A stretch of DNA of 12,772 nt. Origin: an uncultured bacterium. GTDB taxonomy: Bacteria; CSSED10-310; CAZUFC01. The position numbers were made by a program, and so were the translations under genes. This document shows, piece after piece, positions 7,345-12,772 of this stretch (position 1 is its first letter; each line of letters opens with the position of its first letter). A model generated the notes under the pieces. It saw only the letters and a program-made list of their open reading frames with translations, searched no databases and was not told where the DNA came from. The DNA lies in NCBI GenBank assembly GCA_964619725.1, contig CAZUFC010000189.1, positions 1 to 12,772 of the forward strand. Direction: 5' to 3'.

Positions 7345-7411
7345 CTGATATTCCAGACACGGAAACCGGCGCATTTCGATCATCGCCAGGCTTTTTTGAC
7401 TTCATCCTGCA

Positions 7412-7440
7412 TTTACTCACGCTGTTTTACGTTTTATAAT
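7412..7440 (+). promoter_or_regulatory. Putative sigma70 promoter of the truA operon
   Basis: TTTACT (7412-7417), 17-bp spacer, perfect TATAAT (7435-7440), about 100 bp upstream of truA. Confidence 0.5.
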
Positions 7441-7544
7441 ATTGTCGGTCTGCCGCAACATCATGCGGTTGAACGTTGAGATAACGGTGATGACGGAAGT
7501 GTGTGGTTTTGCTTTTTAGATGAGCGCTTTAGAGAGGGCACGGC

Positions 7545-8333
7545 ATGCGAAAAATTCGGATGATAATAGCTTATGACGGGTCTAATTTTCATGGATGGCA
7601 GACTCAGAAGGATCGCCGGACGGTTCAGGAGCAATTGGAAAAACATTTGTCGCTGATTTTGCGGGAACCGGTCAGTGTGAATTATGCGGCTCGTACCGAT
7701 GCGGGCGTTCATGCGGAATTTCAAACGGTTGATTTTGATACGAATTCTGATAACGATTTGTATGCGTTGCAGAAGAGTCTGAACAGTCTGTTCCGTGGAG
7801 AAGTTGCCGCCAGGCGTATCGAAGAGGTTTCTGCGGATTTCCATTCCCGGTTTTCGGCAACAAGCCGTCTTTACCGGTATCGTATTTATAATGCGCCGGC
7901 TATGTCGCCTTTCCACAGGAAATATGCGCTTCACGTCACCGGAAAGCTTGACGCAGAAACCATGGCGTCATGCCTGAAATACCTCATCGGCGAACATGAT
8001 TTTTCCTCTTTCCGTTCATCCTCATGTTCTTCCCGAACGCCTATGCGTCATATGATCGAATCCTGGCAGCATTTTCACCCTCCCTTCATCGACCTGTATT
8101 TCAGGGCCAACGCTTTTTTACACAACATGATCCGCATACTGGCCGGAACTCTGCTGGACATCGGCCGAGGAAAAATAACCGAAAAGCGTTTCGTCGAGAT
8201 TCTCAACGCACGAGACAGGACCGTTGCGGGAAAAACCGCAGCGCCGCACGCTTTGTGCCTTATGGAAATAACCTATCCCGATATGCCGGGAACAGCCATG
8301 CCGGGCATTATTCCGCCCCGGAAGCATCGCTGA
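7545..8333 (+). CDS. truA: tRNA pseudouridine(38-40) synthase TruA
   Basis: IAYDGSNFHGWQ, RTVQ, RTDAGVHA (catalytic Asp), FHSRFSA, GEHDFSSF, FLHNMIRI and TAAPHALCL motifs. Confidence 0.96.
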   Translation: MRKIRMIIAYDGSNFHGWQTQKDRRTVQEQLEKHLSLILREPVSVNYAARTDAGVHAEFQTVDFDTNSDNDLYALQKSLNSLFRGEVAARRIEEVSADFHSRFSATSRLYRYRIYNAPAMSPFHRKYALHVTGKLDAETMASCLKYLIGEHDFSSFRSSSCSSRTPMRHMIESWQHFHPPFIDLYFRANAFLHNMIRILAGTLLDIGRGKITEKRFVEILNARDRTVAGKTAAPHALCLMEITYPDMPGTAMPGIIPPRKHR

Positions 8334-8363
8334 TTCGCGGAAAAGCAATATGAATCCGTTACT

Positions 8364-10262
8364 ATGAGACAATCTGAACGACATAAGCGGGCATCAGAAT
8401 ACCGCAAGGCGTATAGCGGCGTGCTGCTGGTTATCCTTATCGCCGCAGCCGCAGCCTTGTCGCTCTTCCGTATCGTCAACTGGGACGTCTGGTGGCAGAT
8501 GAAAACAGGCGAACTTATCATCGCTGAAAAGAGCATTCCCTATCGCGATGTCTTTTCCCACACCATGAAAGGCGAATATTATCCGCCCATGGAGTGGCTG
8601 TTCGACCTGATTGCGTATCTTGCTTCAAATGCCGGAGGATTGACCGCCGTCATCATATTGAAAGTCATAATCGTCGCAGCCATGGCCTTCTTTCTGTTTC
8701 TGACGTGCCTGCGTTCGAGCGGTTCTCCCCTCGTTTCATTCGCGGGTACCGCTCTGCTGCTGACGGCGATGAGGTTTCGTCTGACTATGCGTCCTCACGT
8801 TTTTACATTTTTATTCCTGGTTCTTTATCAATTTATAATCCTCAAACCGGCGAAAGGCTTTTCAAACCGGCGTATAATCCTGATGGCTTCCATTACGCTA
8901 TTATGGGTGAATATTCATCCCGGAGTCGTTCACGGCCTGGTATACCTGGTCCTTTTCATCACGGGACTGCTTTTCGACAGCATGATGGAAAAATATTCAT
9001 CCCTGTCCGGCAGGCATCAGAATCCTGCCCTGAAACATCTCCTGATCGTTTTAATCGTCTGCTTAGCCGTCTCCTTCATCAATCCCAACTTCTTCGCCTT
9101 CTGGAACTACGCGTTCAAGCATGCCGCCTACCAATCCATCGTGGATGAATTCAAAGCTCCCGCCTTTAACGAGCATCCCCTCTTTTTCATCCTTATGGCG
9201 ATATCATTCCTTCTCATCATTCCGACGATACGCAGCACAGGTTTCCGCCGTATTTTGCCCGCCGTACCCTTTGTCGCAGCAAGCCTGTTTTTCGCCCGTA
9301 TGATTCCCCTGGCGCTTCTGCTGACCCTACCGGCCGCTGTCGATTCTTTTGTGCTCCTCTTAAAAAAATCGCAACGGTTGAAATTAATTCCCGGAAAATA
9401 CGCTTTTCTAATCATGGTGGTCCTGGCGGCAGTCCTCGCCGCAGGCTTGCATCTGCAGTTCAGAAGTCCCCTGTTTTTCAATTTTAAACCCGGTTTCGGC
9501 TTCGACCGCACGCTGTTTCCTTTCAGGGCCGTCGAATTCCTGAATCAAACCGGCATAAAAGGCACGCTCCTTAACGACAACAGGTTCGGAGGATTCATAA
9601 TCTATTACAGCAGCCCGCTGCGTCCCGTTTTTTCCGACGGAAGACAGACGCTTTATCATGAACTGCATAAGGAAATACTCGATATCAACCGTAAAAGTCA
9701 TAGTAAAAATGAGTTCTTCCAAGCCTGGCGGCGACTGCTTGAAAAATACGGCGTCGATTACGCCGTCACATCTTACGGCGCCGGCGGCCTCAGCGGATTA
9801 AACGCTTTCCTGATCAGCGATGCTCAATGGTCCTTGATATGGTTCGACGACGTCGCTCAAATTTACCTTAAAAAAACTTCATCCTTCTACAATATCATGA
9901 AGGACAGGATATATCATGAACTCGACCCGAACGGAATCAGGCGTAATTATGAGGTGGAAACGGCGATGGAAGAGGCGAGGCGAAACATTAAAGAAGTTCC
10001 GGATTCTCCGATAGGATATTATATTCTCTCACGGCTGCATTATGCGAGCGGCCAATATGAACAGGCGTTGAATTTTGCGGATGAAGCCGTCGAAAGGTCG
10101 GTGAAGAATCCGGGTGCATATTACTTGAAATATCAGATACTGCGCAGCATCGGCGAGACCCGTCAGGCTGCGGAGGCGCTGAAACAGGCCGTCAAACTGA
10201 ACCCGCAAAATGCTCATTTTAAATCGGAACTGCGGCTGTTGCGCATGCAGGAATTAAATTGA
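8364..10262 (+). CDS. Polytopic membrane protein with C-terminal TPR repeats, possibly a GT-C-fold glycosyltransferase
   Basis: Many hydrophobic segments. First loop DVWWQMKTG...DVFSHT...EWLF, then RPHVF, LWVNIHPG and FSDGR. C-terminal TPR-like helices (GQYEQALNFADEAV; AAEALKQAVKLNPQN). The GT-C assignment is inference from topology. Confidence 0.7.
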   Translation: MRQSERHKRASEYRKAYSGVLLVILIAAAAALSLFRIVNWDVWWQMKTGELIIAEKSIPYRDVFSHTMKGEYYPPMEWLFDLIAYLASNAGGLTAVIILKVIIVAAMAFFLFLTCLRSSGSPLVSFAGTALLLTAMRFRLTMRPHVFTFLFLVLYQFIILKPAKGFSNRRIILMASITLLWVNIHPGVVHGLVYLVLFITGLLFDSMMEKYSSLSGRHQNPALKHLLIVLIVCLAVSFINPNFFAFWNYAFKHAAYQSIVDEFKAPAFNEHPLFFILMAISFLLIIPTIRSTGFRRILPAVPFVAASLFFARMIPLALLLTLPAAVDSFVLLLKKSQRLKLIPGKYAFLIMVVLAAVLAAGLHLQFRSPLFFNFKPGFGFDRTLFPFRAVEFLNQTGIKGTLLNDNRFGGFIIYYSSPLRPVFSDGRQTLYHELHKEILDINRKSHSKNEFFQAWRRLLEKYGVDYAVTSYGAGGLSGLNAFLISDAQWSLIWFDDVAQIYLKKTSSFYNIMKDRIYHELDPNGIRRNYEVETAMEEARRNIKEVPDSPIGYYILSRLHYASGQYEQALNFADEAVERSVKNPGAYYLKYQILRSIGETRQAAEALKQAVKLNPQNAHFKSELRLLRMQELN

Positions 10263-10263
10263 T

Positions 10264-10812
10264 ATGAATGCTGAGGATTATGATAAAGTACTGCGGAAGG
10301 CTCAGGAGCTGATTGCAGAGCATGCCGCCCGGTATGTTGCGTCTGAGGTTCAGGATATCTATAAACTGTTGTACCAGGCTTTCTGCGGGCCGGAACATGC
10401 CGTTGCTTCCGCTGATGCCGCTAGCCGCCGTTTTTTTTCTGAATGGAACAGGGTTGCGGCCCATGACGGTATTATTTATGAAAAAATCGGCATAGTCGAT
10501 GTTTTGTACAGAATTAATCTTGCACCGGCGAAACAGGCGGGATGCCGGCCGCAGAGGATATTTGAGATGTTTTGTGAAAGTGCGGAGCGATTCCAACCGC
10601 GTCACGCTTTGTTCGCCAGGGGCTGGAAAGACATGAAACTGTTCATTGCAAAACAGAATGAACGATATAAGGTCAGTGAGTATGAAGCGCTGACGAAGCT
10701 GCTGGAAGAGCGCAATTTTCCGCCCGTGCATCACTCAAGGAGATATAAAAAACACTATTCGCCGGCTTACAGGCTGACGGATGAGATGCAGGAACCGTCG
10801 GCAACGCTTTAA
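10264..10812 (+). CDS. Conserved hypothetical protein
   Basis: Coupled to both neighbours (1-bp gap upstream, TAATG overlap downstream). Motifs QDIYKLLYQ...GPEH, RINL and HHS..YKKHYSPAYR look like those of a conserved uncharacterised family. Confidence 0.75.
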   Translation: MNAEDYDKVLRKAQELIAEHAARYVASEVQDIYKLLYQAFCGPEHAVASADAASRRFFSEWNRVAAHDGIIYEKIGIVDVLYRINLAPAKQAGCRPQRIFEMFCESAERFQPRHALFARGWKDMKLFIAKQNERYKVSEYEALTKLLEERNFPPVHHSRRYKKHYSPAYRLTDEMQEPSATL

Positions 10813-12047
10813 TGAAAATACTCCACGCCATAAGTCAACGTCCTTCGTCCACGGGGAGCGGAATATATGTGCAGGCCATGCTGAGGGAAAGCGCTCGCCG
10901 GGGGCATGAAAACTATCTTCTGGCGGGCGTTCCCTGCGATTGGTCGACATATCCGGAAGGCGTTACGGAGCGACAATGCAGTTTCGTCACTTTCGACGGC
11001 GGGGACCTGCCTTTTCCCACGGCGGGAATGAGCGACATTATGCCTTATCCGAGCAAAAGGTTTTGTGACTTCACGCCGGAAGAACTATCCGGGTATCATG
11101 CCGCGTTCCAGGCAAAATTGAACCGTATCATCAGCGATTTCAAACCTGACGTTATTCATTCGCATCACCTGTGGCTGATGAGCTCCCTCATACGCCGCCT
11201 GTTCCCTCATATTCGCATGGTGACGTCGAGTCATGGGTCGGACCTGAGACAATTTCGGAATTGTCCTCAGTTTCGCTCCACAGTCCTGGAAGGTTGTCGG
11301 ACAATTGAAGTCATCCTGGCGTTGACCGAAGACCAGAAGAAGAATATCGCAAAGTTGTACGGCATTCGGAAAGATAAGATATTGGTTGCCGGAGCCGGAT
11401 TCAATGAAGAATTGTTCTACAAAACGAAGAAATCAGGTTATCCTCCGGTAGAAATACTCTATGTGGGAAAACTGAGCAGGGCCAAGGGGATTCCCTGGCT
11501 GTTGAAAGCCCTGGAACAAATCGATGAACCGGACTGGCGCATCAGGCTCGTCGGAAGCTCTTCGGGAAAAGATCAACAACAAACGGAAGGCCTGATAAGA
11601 AAGCTGGGTCACAAGGCGAACGCCCTCGGCGCTCTGCCGCAGGAGAAAACTGCAGAAGCGATGAGACGCTCGAATATATTAGTTCTACCTTCATTCTACG
11701 AAGGATTGCCCCTGGTCCTTCTGGAAGCTTTGGCCTGCGGATGCCGTATTGTTGCCACAGAATTGCCCGGCATCAAAGAACTCTTCCGAAACCGCAAATC
11801 CGACGTCATTTCCCTCGTTCCTCTCCCCAGACTCAAAAATGTAGACGTTCCGTTAAAAAAAGATGAAGCCGGCTTCACCATGCATCTCAAACAAGCCCTG
11901 GAAAAACAAATTAACGCCGCCGTCACAAAACCGAATTGGGATAATCCCCGGATAAAAGCAATATTGGAAAATTACACATGGCAGGCGGTTTTTTCACGGG
12001 TGGAAGCAGCTTTTATGGGACCTCACCCCCCGGCCCCCTCTCCATGA
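10812..12047 (+). CDS. Glycosyltransferase family 4 (GT-B fold)
   Basis: MKILH...STGSG, PDVIHSHH, HGSD, YVGKLSRAKG and the signature LPSFYEGLPLVLLEALACG (ExxxxxxxE). Confidence 0.93.
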   Translation: MKILHAISQRPSSTGSGIYVQAMLRESARRGHENYLLAGVPCDWSTYPEGVTERQCSFVTFDGGDLPFPTAGMSDIMPYPSKRFCDFTPEELSGYHAAFQAKLNRIISDFKPDVIHSHHLWLMSSLIRRLFPHIRMVTSSHGSDLRQFRNCPQFRSTVLEGCRTIEVILALTEDQKKNIAKLYGIRKDKILVAGAGFNEELFYKTKKSGYPPVEILYVGKLSRAKGIPWLLKALEQIDEPDWRIRLVGSSSGKDQQQTEGLIRKLGHKANALGALPQEKTAEAMRRSNILVLPSFYEGLPLVLLEALACGCRIVATELPGIKELFRNRKSDVISLVPLPRLKNVDVPLKKDEAGFTMHLKQALEKQINAAVTKPNWDNPRIKAILENYTWQAVFSRVEAAFMGPHPPAPSP

Positions 12048-12061
12048 ATGGAGAGGGGGAG
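12021..12061. repeat. REP-like GC-rich palindrome overlapping the GT4 stop codon
   Basis: CCTCACCCCCCGG followed by a perfect 11-bp stem CCCCCTCTCCA (12034-12044), loop TGAA, TGGAGAGGGGG (12049-12059). No U-tract follows. Confidence 0.7.
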
Positions 12062-12114
12062 TAAGATTGGGTTATTTTATAGCTGGTTTGGGGACATCAC
12101 ACATCGTAAATTTA

Positions 12115-12569
12115 GGGACTGATCAAGCCGGGGTTACAATTCTTTCAAAACTTTTGACAATTTGTGTCGGCATCGCAATCGGTATCGGGGTCGGTATCGT
12201 AATCGGGAGATTGATCAAATGGGGGTACAATTTGGATCGATCCATAAATCTCTTAAGCTCCGAAGGAGCGCTGTACGAAAGCCCAGGGTTAAGCGAAGCG
12301 CAACCCTGGGGCAGACAAGAAAAAAATGAAAGCTCTGAAGGAGCGCAGTAAATTTCCGTTTCGGCGGCTTTAATAAAGTAACGGGAGGCATAGCTGTTCG
12401 GAAATAACCCGAGTCTATTCAGCACAAATTGTTACCTCGAAATGTGCGCTTTTGATCAATGCCGTAATCGGTATAGGCATCAGTATCGCAATCGTGATCG
12501 AAATCGAAACAAAATGACAGACGATTCTGTCGCATTGTAACCTCAAAAGAGGCTTTTTTGATCAATTCC
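12115..12569 (+). mobile_element. MITE-like element, cargo type A, copy A4, interrupted by nested element B
   Basis: GGGACTGATCAA at 12115 and TTGATCAATTCC ending at 12569. Removing 12207-12471 restores a 190-bp copy of A1 with 13 hexamers. Confidence 0.9.
12207..12463 (+). mobile_element. Nested MITE-like element, cargo type B (257 bp), with perfect 8-bp TSD
   Basis: Ends GAGATTGATCAAATGGGGGTACAATT and AATTGTTACCTC...TTGATCAATGCC. GTAATCGG is duplicated at 12199-12206 and 12464-12471. Interior unrelated to type A. Confidence 0.9.
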
Positions 12570-12576
12570 TCTTTTC

Positions 12577-12772
12577 GGGACTGATCAAATAGGGGTTACA
12601 AATTGTGATCTCAATACTCAAAAAGAACTTTCGAGCTCAGCGGAACGGCGCTCGTGCTCGTAATCGCAATCGATCGATTCAAATGATTGCCCTGCTTTGC
12701 TTTCAAACGTCTGTACAGATCAGACCAATGTTTCGATTAAGATTACCGCTGCAATGAGCACGAGCACGAAGG
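12577..12772 (+). mobile_element. MITE-like element, cargo type C (right end beyond the window)
   Basis: Left end GGGACTGATCAAATAGGGGTTACAAATT lies 7 bp after A4. Interior differs from A and B and holds an inverted CTCGTG/CACGAG repeat pair. Confidence 0.7.

Noticed and set aside
8594-10734. Alternative-frame and antisense ORFs (e.g. 8594-9148, 9128-9511, 10219-10734; also 131-709 and 7461-7934)
   Set aside because: They are shadow ORFs overlapping well-supported genes, with no protein-like motifs.
1295-12569. Repeats considered as a CRISPR array, integron attC sites or DGR template/variable repeats
   Set aside because: Copies are dispersed in both orientations with TIRs and TSDs. There is no repeat-spacer periodicity, no RYYYAAC/GTTRRRY cassette boundaries, no adenine-specific variation, and no cas, integrase or RT gene.

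Overview
Bacterial chromosomal window (taxon not determinable from sequence) with ten supportable genes plus one unannotated small ORF. In order: a threonine synthase-like PLP enzyme, a BKACE (beta-keto acid cleavage) enzyme, two divergent GNAT-fold acyltransferases, a 39-aa Lys-rich small ORF, an exported protein, a UPF0316/DUF2179 membrane protein, and a probable operon of truA, a polytopic membrane/TPR protein, a conserved hypothetical and a GT4 glycosyltransferase. The most striking content is intergenic. There are six copies of a non-autonomous MITE-like element family (five complete, 153-257 bp after removing the nested insert, and one cut off by the window end). They share bipartite ends (GGNAYTGATCAA plus a subterminal GGTTACAATT), two have perfect 8-bp target-site duplications, and one is nested inside another. 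The same ends carry three different structured, repetitive non-coding cargos. Several other REP-like palindromes are also present, one of which supplies a gene's stop codon. No transposase is encoded in the window.
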